64,000 nucleotides of DNA from Elusimicrobiota bacterium (GCA_016207605.1 JACQPJ010000016.1:2452-66451), one strand, 5' to 3'. Positions 18,766 through 28,372 are shown, counted from the first letter of the stretch. Numbers and translations: made by a program. The notes: generated by a model from the letters alone, not told the origin.

Positions 18766-19548
18766 TTAGACGCGGCGGAAGATCGGGCGCACCCAGCGTT
18801 CGTAGCTGGCCTCGGACAGCCCATAGAGCGCGTAGCCGACGAGGTAGGCGGCGAGCACGTCCACGGTGTAGTGGTTGCGCGAGAGGAGCACGCAGGCGCC
18901 CATCAGCACCGAGCCCCCGAGCATGAGGCTCTTGAGGCCGCGCGAGTGAAAGAATAAATAGAACAGGAACGGGATCGTGGTGTGGCCGGAGAAGATGAAC
19001 TCGTTGGTGAAGGTCCAGGTCCCGAGCAGGCGGGAGAAGATGAGGTCGTGGAGGCGCATGTCCACCATGTCGGCGGGATGGCCGATGGGCGAAAGGAAGA
19101 CGAAGGCCGCGCGCACGGCGGTGTAGACGGTCAGGACGTAGAGCAGAAAGGGCACGCGCTTGGGGTAGTAGGCCACGGCCGCACCCACGGCGTAGAGGTG
19201 CAGGCCGAACCAGCCCCAGGACAGGACCGGCACGGTGTTGACGACGGGCAGGCGGCGCAGGAGCCAATCACTGCCCACGGGCAGCGCGCGCTGGTCGGCC
19301 ACCCAGCCCAACTTGGTGTAGAGCGCGTAGGAAAGCGTGAAGAGCGCCAGCAGGCCCGCGAGCGTGCCCACCCACCACTTGTAGTGGACGTCGTGCCACT
19401 CGTCGGCGATCTCGGCCAGCTCGCGCCGCGCGATGGGGGGGAGGCGGCGGCGCAGGTCGCCCAACTCGCGCGCGGAGTCGGTCATGCGCTCCTCCAGCGC
19501 GCGGAGACGCTCGTCGAGCTGTTCCCGATCGGCTGGAGCCATGGTCAT
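18766..19548 (-). CDS. Sphingomyelin-synthase-like PAP2_C membrane protein
   Basis: Several TM helices; FIFSGHT and RNHYTVDV match the SMS-family catalytic H-H-D triad. Confidence 0.75.
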   Translation of the reverse strand: MTMAPADREQLDERLRALEERMTDSARELGDLRRRLPPIARRELAEIADEWHDVHYKWWVGTLAGLLALFTLSYALYTKLGWVADQRALPVGSDWLLRRLPVVNTVPVLSWGWFGLHLYAVGAAVAYYPKRVPFLLYVLTVYTAVRAAFVFLSPIGHPADMVDMRLHDLIFSRLLGTWTFTNEFIFSGHTTIPFLFYLFFHSRGLKSLMLGGSVLMGACVLLSRNHYTVDVLAAYLVGYALYGLSEASYERWVRPIFRRV

Positions 19549-19838
19549 TCCGTGAGCTTTTTAAGCAGCGCGAGCGCGTTCGCGGGCGTCACGCCCGAAA
19601 ACCATTCGTTGTCGGGGTGAAGAAAGACGTTGGGGCCCTGCTCGCAGAGGTCGAGGCAGCCGGAGCGGGCCACGCGCACGCGGCCCTGGAGGCCGGCGGC
19701 CTTGACGCCGTCCTTGAGCGCGGCGAGCACCTCCGGGCCGCCGCGCCCCGGGTTGCCGCAGGCGACGCGGCCGTCCGCCCGCGCGTGCACGCACACAAAC
19801 GCCGTCTTGCGATACGGGATGGGGGCGCAGTCCATCAT
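19545..19838 (-). CDS. Thioredoxin-like [2Fe-2S] ferredoxin
   Basis: FVC...RVACG...SGCLDLCEQGP...WF. Confidence 0.88.
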   Translation of the reverse strand: MMDCAPIPYRKTAFVCVHARADGRVACGNPGRGGPEVLAALKDGVKAAGLQGRVRVARSGCLDLCEQGPNVFLHPDNEWFSGVTPANALALLKKLTE

Positions 19839-19851
19839 CTTCCTTGGGGAC

Positions 19852-19899
19852 CGCCGGTTGGTTTGACCTTTGCCTTGGCAAAGGTCAAACCAACCGGCG
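19852..19899. repeat. 48-bp perfect hairpin (23-bp arms)
   Basis: CGCCGGTTGGTTTGACCTTTGCC-TT-GGCAAAGGTCAAACCAACCGGCG. Confidence 0.9.
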
Positions 19900-20049
19900 A
19901 TGCCGCGAAGGCGAGTGCGGACCGCGCGCCCGCGCGGCGAGCGTTCACAGCTGCGCCGTCACTCCGAGCGCGGCTCAACGCCGCGCGTCCCCGACAAAGG
20001 AAGGATCGAACGGCGGTCCCCATGACATTGCTCTCCATCAGGGTGCGCG

Positions 20050-20931
20050 TTAGGGCGCGGGCGGCGCAGCGCCGGGGGTCTTGATCTCGGCCTGGCGGCG
20101 CAGCTCGCGCAGGTAGTCGGGCGCGGCCTTGCGGATCTTCTCGGTCAGGAGAAGCTCCCGCAGGTCGTCCTTGACCTCGGCCAAGCGCACGGGCTTGGCC
20201 GGCCGGGCCTCCAGGACCTGGAGGACGTGCTGGCCGCGCGGCCCGGGGACGATGCGGGTCTCGCCGGGCTTCATCGCGAAGGCGATCTGGTCGATCTCGG
20301 AGGGGAGCATGCCCCGCGCCACGAAGCCGTAGTCGCCGCCCACCGCCTTGCCGCTGGCGGCCAGGGAGCGCTCGCGCGCCAGCGCCTTGAAGTCCGCGCC
20401 GGACTTGAGCTTGACGACGACGTCCTTGGCCTCGTCGGCCGTCTCGACCAGGATGTGGCGCAGATGCACGGCCTCGGGCCGGCCGAGCTTGTCCTTGTTC
20501 TTTTGGAAGGCCTCCTCCAGCTCCGCGGCCGCCACGAGCAGGCCCTTGGCCTGGGCGATAAGCCGCTCGCGCAGGATCTCGTCGGCGAGGTCCGCGCGGA
20601 CCTTGGCCAGCGAGGAGTCCGCCTGCTCCAGCTGGGCCAGCAGGAGCGCCCGGCTGCCGAACTGGTCCTCCAGCTTGGCGACGCGCTTGTCCACGTCGGC
20701 CGAGTCGACCTTGAGGCCTCTCTTGGCCGCGGCCTGGCGCAGCAGCAGCTCGTCGATCATCTCATCGAGGGTCTGCGGCCCGTGGCGCTTCCACAGGCGC
20801 TCCATCACCTCCGACTGGAGGATGGGGGTGCCGTTGACGGTCACGACCGCCTGTCCCGCCGGCAGGCCGGCGGCCGCGCCACGCGAGCCGGCGAAAAAAA
20901 GCGCGAAAAGGCTGGAAAAAAGAGGACTCAT
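20050..20931 (-). CDS. Parvulin-type peptidyl-prolyl isomerase (PrsA/SurA-like)
   Basis: VVTVNG, VHLRHILV, DFKALARERS, GGDYGF. Confidence 0.88.
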   Translation of the reverse strand: MSPLFSSLFALFFAGSRGAAAGLPAGQAVVTVNGTPILQSEVMERLWKRHGPQTLDEMIDELLLRQAAAKRGLKVDSADVDKRVAKLEDQFGSRALLLAQLEQADSSLAKVRADLADEILRERLIAQAKGLLVAAAELEEAFQKNKDKLGRPEAVHLRHILVETADEAKDVVVKLKSGADFKALARERSLAASGKAVGGDYGFVARGMLPSEIDQIAFAMKPGETRIVPGPRGQHVLQVLEARPAKPVRLAEVKDDLRELLLTEKIRKAAPDYLRELRRQAEIKTPGAAPPAP

Positions 20932-20980
20932 CTGGTATATCCTTGGAGGAATTTAGGGAAATGATAGAATAAAAAATCGC

Positions 20981-21316
20981 ATGCTGAACTGCACGCCGCG
21001 CGCGATCGAAAAGATCGAGGACGCCCAGCTTCGCATCCTGTGGGAGGACGACCACGAGACGGTGCTCTCCTTCGCCCAGCTGCGCCGCCACTGCCCCTGC
21101 GCGGCGTGCCGGGACGAGTGGAGCGGCGAGGCGCTTCTGGATCCCGCCGCGGTGCCCGACGGCCTGGGCGCGGCGCGCGCCGACGTGGTGGGCAACTACG
21201 CCCTGTCCTTTGCTTTCTCGGACGGGCACGGCGCCGGCGTCTATCCCTTCGAACTCCTGCGCAAGCTCTGCCGCTGCGCGGAGTGCGCCTACCACCCCGG
21301 CTCGGAGACGAATTGA
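20981..21316 (+). CDS. DUF971 / GBBH-like N-terminal domain protein
   Basis: LRRHCPCAAC, VGNYAL, FSDGHGAGVY. Confidence 0.88.
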   Translation: MLNCTPRAIEKIEDAQLRILWEDDHETVLSFAQLRRHCPCAACRDEWSGEALLDPAAVPDGLGAARADVVGNYALSFAFSDGHGAGVYPFELLRKLCRCAECAYHPGSETN

Positions 21317-23244
21317 CCGCGCCTGCTCCGGGCCGCGTCCTCCTGGTCGGCATCGAGGGGGCCGCGGAGCGCGAGCTGTCCGCTTTTCTGTCCGGGTTCG
21401 AGCGCGAGCTCGCGTCCGACGCGAGGCGGGCCGCCCTTCGGATCCGCGCGGCGGAATTCGCGGCCGCGGTCTTCGACGCGTCCCGTCTGCCCGCGGCGGA
21501 CCGCGAGGCCCTGGCCGTCCTCCAGCGCGAACGCGGCTTCGTCTTGCTCGGCCTGGAGCCGGACGTCCCTCTGTCTCCCGCCGCGCAGGCGCCCCTGCGC
21601 CGCCTGCCCTGGCCCCTGCCGCTGGGCTTTCTCGACCAGGTCCGGGCCGCCAAGGTCCCGGTCGTCTTCCTGGTCGCGCCGACGCTGTTTTTGACCCACG
21701 GGATCCAGAACGCCCTCCGCCAGGCGGGAGTCCAGTTCTTCCAGACGGACGGGTCGTTGGGGCTCATCGAGATGCTGAGGGAGCAGGTGCGCCTGGCCGA
21801 GGAGGCCGCGGCGTCTCCCGGCCTGCTGGCGCGCCTGACCGGGCGCGCCGGGAGCGGCGACCCCGGCCTGGGCCGCGTCGCGGTGGTCAAGTTTGCCGAG
21901 GGACCGGAGGAGGCCGTGAACTTCGACGCCCGCCTCCGCCAGGCCCTGCCTGGGACCGCGGTCTACCTGGCGACCGCGGTCGATCCCGTCGCGGCCGCGG
22001 CCGCGGCTGCGGCGGCCGGCCGGCCCGCGCTGCTGCCCCGCGAGTGCGTCCCGCGGCTGGCCGAGATCCTCCTCGGGGCCCGCGGCGGCGTCTGCGCGTC
22101 TCCAGGGGGAGAGCGCATCCTCCTGGTGGACAACGACATGCCCACGCTCTCGCGGCTCTCCGAGGCCCTGCTGGCGCTGGGCTACGAGGTGGAAACGGCC
22201 CTGCGCGGCGAGGAGGCCCTGCGCCTGGCCGAGAGCCGTCCCTTCGCCCTCGCCGCCATCGGCGGCTCCGCGCTGGAGACGACCAAGCTCTCCGGGGCCC
22301 ACCTTGCCGTGAGGCTGCGCGAGCGCGACAAGGACCTGCGCATCGTGCTCCTCGTCGATCAGTTTCCGGTCCAGGACGCGCTCAAGGGCGTCAGCCGAGC
22401 CGTGGAGTTGGGCCTCGACGACGCGCTCCTCAAGCCCGTGGACGTCTCGCGTCTGGCCCTGTCCATCCGGCGCGCCTTGGAGCGCCGCTTCCTCCTGCTC
22501 GAGAACGCCCGGCTCCTGCGCGAGGTCCAGGAGTCGGCGCGCCAGCTCGCCCAGGTCAACGGCTTCCAGGCCAAGTTTTTCGCCACCGTCGCCCACGACG
22601 TCAAGAATCCGCTCACCGCCATCTTGGGCTACGCGGAGCTGCTCGGCGCGCGCCTCAAGGACCGCCCCGACCTGCTCGCCTTCGCCTCCTACATCCACAA
22701 GGCCGCCCAGGCCCTCAACCTCCTGGTCTCCGACCTCGTGGACCTGGCCGCCATCGAGTCGGGCAAGCTGCGCGTCGAGCTGGGCCCCCTCGACTTGGCG
22801 CAAGTCGTCTCGGACGTGGCCTCGCGCGTCGCCGTGGCCGCCCAGGCCAAGAAGCTGACGTTCGAGGTCCGCGGGGCGTCCGGGCTGCCGGCCCTGCGCG
22901 GCGACCCCCACCGCATCGGCCAGGTCCTCCAGAACCTCTGCACCAACGCGGTGCAGTACACGCCCGAGGGGGGGGCGGTGTCGATCGAGGCGGGCGTCGC
23001 GGGCGGCCGCGTCCGCGTGGGCGTGCGCGACACCGGCATCGGCATCGCCCCCGAGGACCTGCCGCGCGTCTGGGAGCGCTTCTTTCAGGCCAGGCAGGCC
23101 CAGGACCTGCGCAAGGCGGGCTTCGGCCTGGGACTCAAGATCGCGCGCGAGATCGTGCAGAGGCACGGGGGGGAGATGGAGGTCGAGTCCAATCCTGGGA
23201 AAGGCTCCTTCTTCTACTTCACCCTCCCCGTTCCTCCGGCCTGA
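21313..23244 (+). CDS. Hybrid histidine kinase with a degenerate receiver domain
   Basis: TTG start overlaps the upstream stop. Receiver-like ILLVDND...LLKP; H-box VAHDVKNPL; NLCTNAVQY, DTGIGI, GFGLGL. Confidence 0.85.
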   Translation: MTAPAPGRVLLVGIEGAAERELSAFLSGFERELASDARRAALRIRAAEFAAAVFDASRLPAADREALAVLQRERGFVLLGLEPDVPLSPAAQAPLRRLPWPLPLGFLDQVRAAKVPVVFLVAPTLFLTHGIQNALRQAGVQFFQTDGSLGLIEMLREQVRLAEEAAASPGLLARLTGRAGSGDPGLGRVAVVKFAEGPEEAVNFDARLRQALPGTAVYLATAVDPVAAAAAAAAAGRPALLPRECVPRLAEILLGARGGVCASPGGERILLVDNDMPTLSRLSEALLALGYEVETALRGEEALRLAESRPFALAAIGGSALETTKLSGAHLAVRLRERDKDLRIVLLVDQFPVQDALKGVSRAVELGLDDALLKPVDVSRLALSIRRALERRFLLLENARLLREVQESARQLAQVNGFQAKFFATVAHDVKNPLTAILGYAELLGARLKDRPDLLAFASYIHKAAQALNLLVSDLVDLAAIESGKLRVELGPLDLAQVVSDVASRVAVAAQAKKLTFEVRGASGLPALRGDPHRIGQVLQNLCTNAVQYTPEGGAVSIEAGVAGGRVRVGVRDTGIGIAPEDLPRVWERFFQARQAQDLRKAGFGLGLKIAREIVQRHGGEMEVESNPGKGSFFYFTLPVPPA

Positions 23245-25244
23245 TGGCCGCGCCTTTCTCGGAGCTGGAGCGCCGGGTCGCCTCCGGCTCCCTGCTCACC
23301 TCCGCGGCCGACTTGGCCGTCTACTCCTACGACGGCGCGCTCGACCGCGGCCGGCCCGAGGCCGTCCTGATCGCGCGCTCGACTGAAGACGTCGGCGCCG
23401 CGATCTCCTGGTGCGCGGCCCGCCGCGTCCCTTTCACGGCGCGCGGCGCCGGCACCAACCTGTCCGGCGGCTGCGTCCCGCTCCGGGGAGGCCTGGTGAT
23501 CTCCCTGGCCCGGCTTCGCCGCATCCTCTCCATCGACCGGGACGCCCGCGTCGCCTGCGTCGAGCCCGGTGTCGTCAACCTGGAGCTGCAGAAGGCCGCC
23601 GAGCCCCTCGGCCTCTTCTACGCGCCCGACCCCGCGAGCTTCCGGGTTTCGACGATCGGCGGCAACGCCGCCGAGAACGCCGGCGGGCCGCGCTGCCTCA
23701 AATACGGCGTCACCACCAATCACGTCCTGGCCGCCGAGGCCGTGCTTCCGGACGGCAGCCTGGCGCGCTTCTCCCTCGAAGACGACGGCCCCGAGCTTTT
23801 GAGCCTCCTGATCGGCGCGGAGGGCACGCTTGGCCTGCTGACCAAGCTCTGGGTGCGCCTGACGCCGCTGCCCGAGGACGTCCGGACCCTGCTGGCGGGG
23901 TTTCCGGTCCTCGACGCCGCCGTGGAGGCGGTCTCGGCCGTGATCGCGGCCGGCGTCCTGCCCCGCTGCCTGGAGGCCATGGACGCCGCCACCGTCGCCT
24001 CGGTGGAGGCGGGCGGCGGCTTGGGCTATCTCAAGGACCCCGCCGTCCTGCTCATCGAGCTCGACGGCCCCCGCGCCGACGTGGAGCGCGAGGCCGGGAT
24101 CGTCGAGAGCCTCTGCCGCGGGAAGGGCGCCTCCGCCGTGCGCGCGGCGCGCGACCCCGCCGAGCGCGAGCGCCTCTGGGAGGGACGCCGCGGCGCCTAC
24201 GCCGCCCTCGCCCGCCTGGCCCCCAACGTCCTGGTCGAGGACGGCGTGGTGCCGCGCGACAAGCTCCCCGAGGTGGTGCGGCGGATTCAACGCATCGCCG
24301 CGGAGCACGACGTCAAGGCCTATTTATTGTTTCATGCCGGCGACGGCAACATCCACCCCAACATCGCCTTCGACGAGCGCGACCCCGAGGAAACCGCCCG
24401 CGTCAAGGCCGCCGGCCGCGCCATGCTCCAGGCCTGCGTGGAGCTGGGCGGCTCGCTCTCCGGCGAGCACGGCATCGGCATGGACAAGCGCGACGCCATG
24501 GCCTGGCTCTTCACGCCCGAGACCCTGTCCCTCTTCCGCCGCGTCAAGGACGCCCTCGACCCCGACCATCTCGCCAACCCCGGCAAGATCTTCCCCGCGC
24601 CCGGCGGGGCGCGCCCCGGCCCGGAGTTCCGCCGTCCCGCGCCTGCGCCGCCGAGCGCGGCGGCGCAATACCTGGTCGCGGCGGTCCGCTCCGCGCCTCC
24701 GGGCGTCCGCTTTCGCATCCGCGGCGCCTCGACCCGCTGGCCCGACGCGGCCCCCGACGGCGCCGTCGAGCTGCTCACCCACGGGATGGACCGCATCCTG
24801 GACCTGGACCGCGGCAACCTCACCCTCACCGTCGAGGCGGGCATTCCGCTCCGGGTCCTCCACGACCAGCTCCGGGGCGAGAAGCTCCACGTTCGGCTGC
24901 CCGACGCCCCCGGCACCCTCGGCGGCCTCCTCGCCGCCCGTCCCTGGCCCGGCGCCCGCGAGGATCTGCTCGGGATGCGCCTTCTGCTGTCCAACGGCGA
25001 CGTGGTCGAGCTGGGCGGCAAGGTCGTCAAGAACGTGGCCGGCTACGACCTGTCCCGCCTCGTCCTCGGCTCCTGGGGGACCCTCGGCCTCATCCTGGAC
25101 GCGACCTACAAGCTTTACGCCGCTCCCGTCGCGGTCCCGTCCTCCGTGCCCGCCGTCCGGCCGCCCGCCGTCTGGTCCCCGTGGGCCCGCCGCGTCCGCC
25201 GAGCCTTCGACCCCGACGGCCGCCTGAATCCGCAGCTGTCCTAG
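23244..25244 (+). CDS. glcD: FAD-linked oxidase, GlcD fused to a shortened GlcE-like domain
   Basis: RGAGTNLSGG, PDPAS, STIGGN, KYGVT, HAGDGNIH, GEHGIG, NPGK; then a second FAD domain with GGKVVKNVAGYDL and GSWGTLG. Confidence 0.88.
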   Translation: MAAPFSELERRVASGSLLTSAADLAVYSYDGALDRGRPEAVLIARSTEDVGAAISWCAARRVPFTARGAGTNLSGGCVPLRGGLVISLARLRRILSIDRDARVACVEPGVVNLELQKAAEPLGLFYAPDPASFRVSTIGGNAAENAGGPRCLKYGVTTNHVLAAEAVLPDGSLARFSLEDDGPELLSLLIGAEGTLGLLTKLWVRLTPLPEDVRTLLAGFPVLDAAVEAVSAVIAAGVLPRCLEAMDAATVASVEAGGGLGYLKDPAVLLIELDGPRADVEREAGIVESLCRGKGASAVRAARDPAERERLWEGRRGAYAALARLAPNVLVEDGVVPRDKLPEVVRRIQRIAAEHDVKAYLLFHAGDGNIHPNIAFDERDPEETARVKAAGRAMLQACVELGGSLSGEHGIGMDKRDAMAWLFTPETLSLFRRVKDALDPDHLANPGKIFPAPGGARPGPEFRRPAPAPPSAAAQYLVAAVRSAPPGVRFRIRGASTRWPDAAPDGAVELLTHGMDRILDLDRGNLTLTVEAGIPLRVLHDQLRGEKLHVRLPDAPGTLGGLLAARPWPGAREDLLGMRLLLSNGDVVELGGKVVKNVAGYDLSRLVLGSWGTLGLILDATYKLYAAPVAVPSSVPAVRPPAVWSPWARRVRRAFDPDGRLNPQLS

Positions 25245-25300
25245 GAGCGTGTCCTGCGGACGCGGCACAGATGCGCTGAGGAAATCCCCATAGCGTCTAG
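25241..25300 (-). repeat. CTAG-bounded repeat, copy C, between convergent stop codons
   Basis: Minus strand CTAGACGCTATGGGGATTTCCTCAGCGCATCTGTGCCGCGTCCGCAGGACACGCTCCTAG. Each terminal CTAG supplies the stop of one flanking gene. Confidence 0.8.
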
Positions 25301-25641
25301 TCGTCCCGGACGAGGGACTTGAGCACGCGCAGGACCTTCGAGCGCTGCCGGGGCGACATCTCCTTGACCATCGCGCCCATCTTGCCGGCCCAGCCGTAAT
25401 CAGGGAGTTGGCGCGTCGGGATGTCCGCAAAAATACTGGCGACCGGGACTCCCAGCGCGTCGGCCAATCTCTTGACCATATTGATGCTGGGCGCGGTTTT
25501 CCCGTTCTCGATCCGGCTCAAATGCGCGGTGTCCACGGCCGCCGCCTCCGCCAACTCCTGCTGGGTAAAATGGCGCGCTTCCCTCTCCGTCTTGACGCGC
25601 CGTCCGATCAAGGCGTAGAGCTCGGTCGTGGAGAAGCTCAT
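25297..25641 (-). CDS. XRE-family HTH regulator
   Basis: TQQELAEAAAVDTAHLSRIENGKTAPS. Confidence 0.9.
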   Translation of the reverse strand: MSFSTTELYALIGRRVKTEREARHFTQQELAEAAAVDTAHLSRIENGKTAPSINMVKRLADALGVPVASIFADIPTRQLPDYGWAGKMGAMVKEMSPRQRSKVLRVLKSLVRDD

Positions 25642-25819
25642 GCCTGGTCATTCTACGCGCCTCCGCGAGCCTTTATAATGCTTTATAAGACAATATATTA
25701 ATTTGTTATAGACGCATTGTCTGGCGCGGCTCTGAATGAGCGAACGAACCGAAACTTACAATGTTTTGTTTTGCAGTTGGGTGCAAACTGCGCATTTCCG
25801 AATAGCGGTATAATGAAGC

Positions 25820-27112
25820 GTGGCGGAGACGCTGGGACGGCTGAGGACGGCTCTGGGCGACCGCGGGGACTACGACGCGGCGGCGCAGTGCTCGCGCTGC
25901 GGCTACTGCGAGCAGGCCTGCCCGACCTACGTCGCGACGGGGCGGGAAGCGCAGTCGCCGCGGGGGCGGGCGCAGATCGTGCGCTTGATGCTGGAGGGAA
26001 AGCTCGACGATCCCGCGGCGGCCGAGGAGGCGCTCTCGACCTGCCTGCTCTGCGGGGCCTGCCAGACCGTCTGCTACGCCAAGGTGCCGGTGCCCGACCT
26101 CGCGCTGGAGGGGCGGCGGATGCTGCGGGGAAAGCCGCATTGGCTGGTGAGGCGGGCCTCGCGGCTTTTAATCGAGGATCCGCGGCGGCTGGCGGCTTTT
26201 CTGAAGATCGGCTATTTCTTCAAGCGCCTGGGGCTGTCCTGGCTTTCGGCGCCGTTGCTTCGGCTCGCCGGCCTGCCCGTTTTGGCCTCGATGGACGAGC
26301 ATGTCCGGGAGGCGCCGCGGCGGCTTCTCGACGACGAGCTGCCGGCCCTGCGCGCGGCGGGAGAGGGGGATGCCTGGCTGTACTTCGCTCCGTGCGGGCC
26401 GCGCTCTTTGTTTCCGCGCGTGGGCGCTGCGACGTGGCGCGCGCTGACGGCGCTGCGCGGCCCCGGGCGCTTTCTCGACAACGCGTGCTGCGGTCTGCTG
26501 GCGCACAATTACGGGGAACTGGAGGACGCGCGGACCTTGGCGCGGCGCAACATCGAGCGTGCGGAGGCGGCGGGCGAGGCGGAGGCGGTGGGGGATTGCT
26601 CGTCGTGCGTCGCGTTCCTGAAGACATATCCGCAGATGTTCCTGGGCGACGCCGACGCGGCCTGGCGGGAGCGGGCGGAGCGCTTCGCCGCGCGCGTGAA
26701 GGACGTCGTGGAGGTTTACGGCTCCTGCGCCGCGGGCTTGCCCGCGGCCGCGTCGGCGGGGACCGTCTCCTACCACGACTCCTGCCGGGCGCTCAACGGG
26801 CAGGGACTTCGGGACGAGCCGCGGCGGGCGGCGCGGGCGGCGGCGGGCGGGACGTTCGTCGAGATGCCGGACGCCGACGTTTGCTGCGGGGGGGCGGGGG
26901 CGTTCGCGTTCACGCATGAGGAGCTCTCGGACGAGATCCTTCGGCGCAAAGCGGGCGGCGCGGTCTCCATCGGGGCGAGGACGGTGCTCACCAGCTCCAC
27001 GTCGTGCCTGATCCAGCTTGCCCGCGGTTTTCGGAAATACTATCCTGACGCCACGGTGCTTCATCTCTCCGAATACGTCGCGCGGGCTCTGGACGGACGG
27101 CGTGGGGCGTAG
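25820..27112 (+). CDS. glcF: GlcF-like Fe-S protein (2x[4Fe-4S] + CCG domains)
   Basis: CSRCGYCEQACP, CLLCGACQTVC, CCG twice, YHDSC. Confidence 0.88.
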   Translation: MAETLGRLRTALGDRGDYDAAAQCSRCGYCEQACPTYVATGREAQSPRGRAQIVRLMLEGKLDDPAAAEEALSTCLLCGACQTVCYAKVPVPDLALEGRRMLRGKPHWLVRRASRLLIEDPRRLAAFLKIGYFFKRLGLSWLSAPLLRLAGLPVLASMDEHVREAPRRLLDDELPALRAAGEGDAWLYFAPCGPRSLFPRVGAATWRALTALRGPGRFLDNACCGLLAHNYGELEDARTLARRNIERAEAAGEAEAVGDCSSCVAFLKTYPQMFLGDADAAWRERAERFAARVKDVVEVYGSCAAGLPAAASAGTVSYHDSCRALNGQGLRDEPRRAARAAAGGTFVEMPDADVCCGGAGAFAFTHEELSDEILRRKAGGAVSIGARTVLTSSTSCLIQLARGFRKYYPDATVLHLSEYVARALDGRRGA

Positions 27113-28259
27113 GCAGGAGCTCGAGAAGAGACAGTCCCTCCTGGCGCGTTTCGGCCGCATGGTCGCGGCCGAGACCCATCTCGACCGCCTTCTGACCATT
27201 ATCGCCGAGGAGGTGCGCAACATCCTCCTGGCCGACCGCTGCTCGGTCTTCCTCGTCGACGCCGCCAAGGGCGAGCTGTGGACCCGGGCGGCGGTGGGCG
27301 TGGAGGAGAAGGTCCTGCGCGTTCCCATCGGCCAGGGCGTGGCGGGCTTCGTGGCCAAGACCGGCTCTGCCGTCAACATCCGCGACGCCTACAAGGACAC
27401 GCGCTTCGCCCAGGACCTTGACCGCATCATCGGCTACCAGACGCGCACCGTGCTCGCCGTGCCCCTGCGCGGCCGCGACGGCAAGGCCCTGGGCGTCTTC
27501 GAGGTGCTCAACAAGGCCAAGGGGAACTTCACCGAGGAGGACGAGGGGCTCCTGCGCATCCTGGCCACGATGGCGGCCAGCTTCATCGAGAACGCGACCC
27601 TCTACGAAGACCTGCGCCGCTCCCACCTCGAGACCATCTACCGCATGGCGCTCGTCGCCGAGTTCCGCGACCAGGAGGACACCGGCCGCCACCTGCGCCG
27701 CATGAGCCGCTTCTCCGGCCTGCTCGCGCTCGGCGTCGGGCTTTCCGAGCGGGAGGCCGAGGAGATCCGCTACGCCGCCCCGCTCCACGACGTGGGCAAG
27801 GTCGCCATCCCCGACTCCATCCTGCGCAAGCCGGGCAAGCTCACGCCCGAGGAGTACGAGGAGATGAAGAAGCACACGGTCTACGGGGAGCGCATGCTCG
27901 CGCGCGCCGAGAGTCGCCTGCTGCGCCTGGCCGCCGCCATCGCGGTGGGCCACCACGAGTGCTGGGACGGCACGGGCTATCCTTACGGGCTCAAGGGCGA
28001 GAAGATCCCGCTGGAGGCGCGCATCGTGACCGTGGCCGACGTCTTCGACGCGCTCTCCTCCAAGCGCGTGTACAAGGGCGAGTGGAAGCCCGAGGACGCC
28101 CTGCGCTACATCGAGGAGCGCTCCGGCACCCTCTACGACCCCCAGGTGGTCGCGGCCCTGAGCCGGCGCTTTGCCGAGATCCTGCAGGCCCGCGACGAGG
28201 AGAACCGCCGCATGCTCGCCGACGAGGCCGCCGCGGCGCTTCTCCCCAAGTCCGCTTGA
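27102..28259 (+). CDS. GAF + HD-GYP cyclic dinucleotide phosphodiesterase
   Basis: GAF domain (IGQGVAG, GYQTRTVLAVPL, LNK...F); LHDVGK; HHECWDGTGYP; VADVFDAL. Start approximate. Confidence 0.9.
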   Translation: MGRRQELEKRQSLLARFGRMVAAETHLDRLLTIIAEEVRNILLADRCSVFLVDAAKGELWTRAAVGVEEKVLRVPIGQGVAGFVAKTGSAVNIRDAYKDTRFAQDLDRIIGYQTRTVLAVPLRGRDGKALGVFEVLNKAKGNFTEEDEGLLRILATMAASFIENATLYEDLRRSHLETIYRMALVAEFRDQEDTGRHLRRMSRFSGLLALGVGLSEREAEEIRYAAPLHDVGKVAIPDSILRKPGKLTPEEYEEMKKHTVYGERMLARAESRLLRLAAAIAVGHHECWDGTGYPYGLKGEKIPLEARIVTVADVFDALSSKRVYKGEWKPEDALRYIEERSGTLYDPQVVAALSRRFAEILQARDEENRRMLADEAAAALLPKSA

Positions 28260-28284
28260 TTCGTGCTAAAATCGCCGCCGAACC

Positions 28285-28358
28285 GCGGGCGTGGTTCATT
28301 GGTAGAACGGGTCCTTGCCAAGGATCAGACGGCGGTTCGATTCCGCTCGCCCGCTCCA
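28285..28358 (+). tRNA. tRNA-Gly(GCC)
   Basis: GCGGGCG acceptor stem, anticodon arm GGTCC-TTGCCAA-GGATC, GGTTCGATTCC T-loop, encoded CCA. Confidence 0.95.
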
Positions 28359-28372
28359 GATTTAATTCCCCG

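Noticed and set aside
19835..20038. 67-aa ORF upstream of the ferredoxin
   Set aside because: Low-complexity sequence that runs through the perfect palindrome, with no recognisable motif.
21210..25244. 1344-aa ORF as a single protein
   Set aside because: The first half is an off-frame shadow of the histidine kinase. The oxidase starts at 23244.
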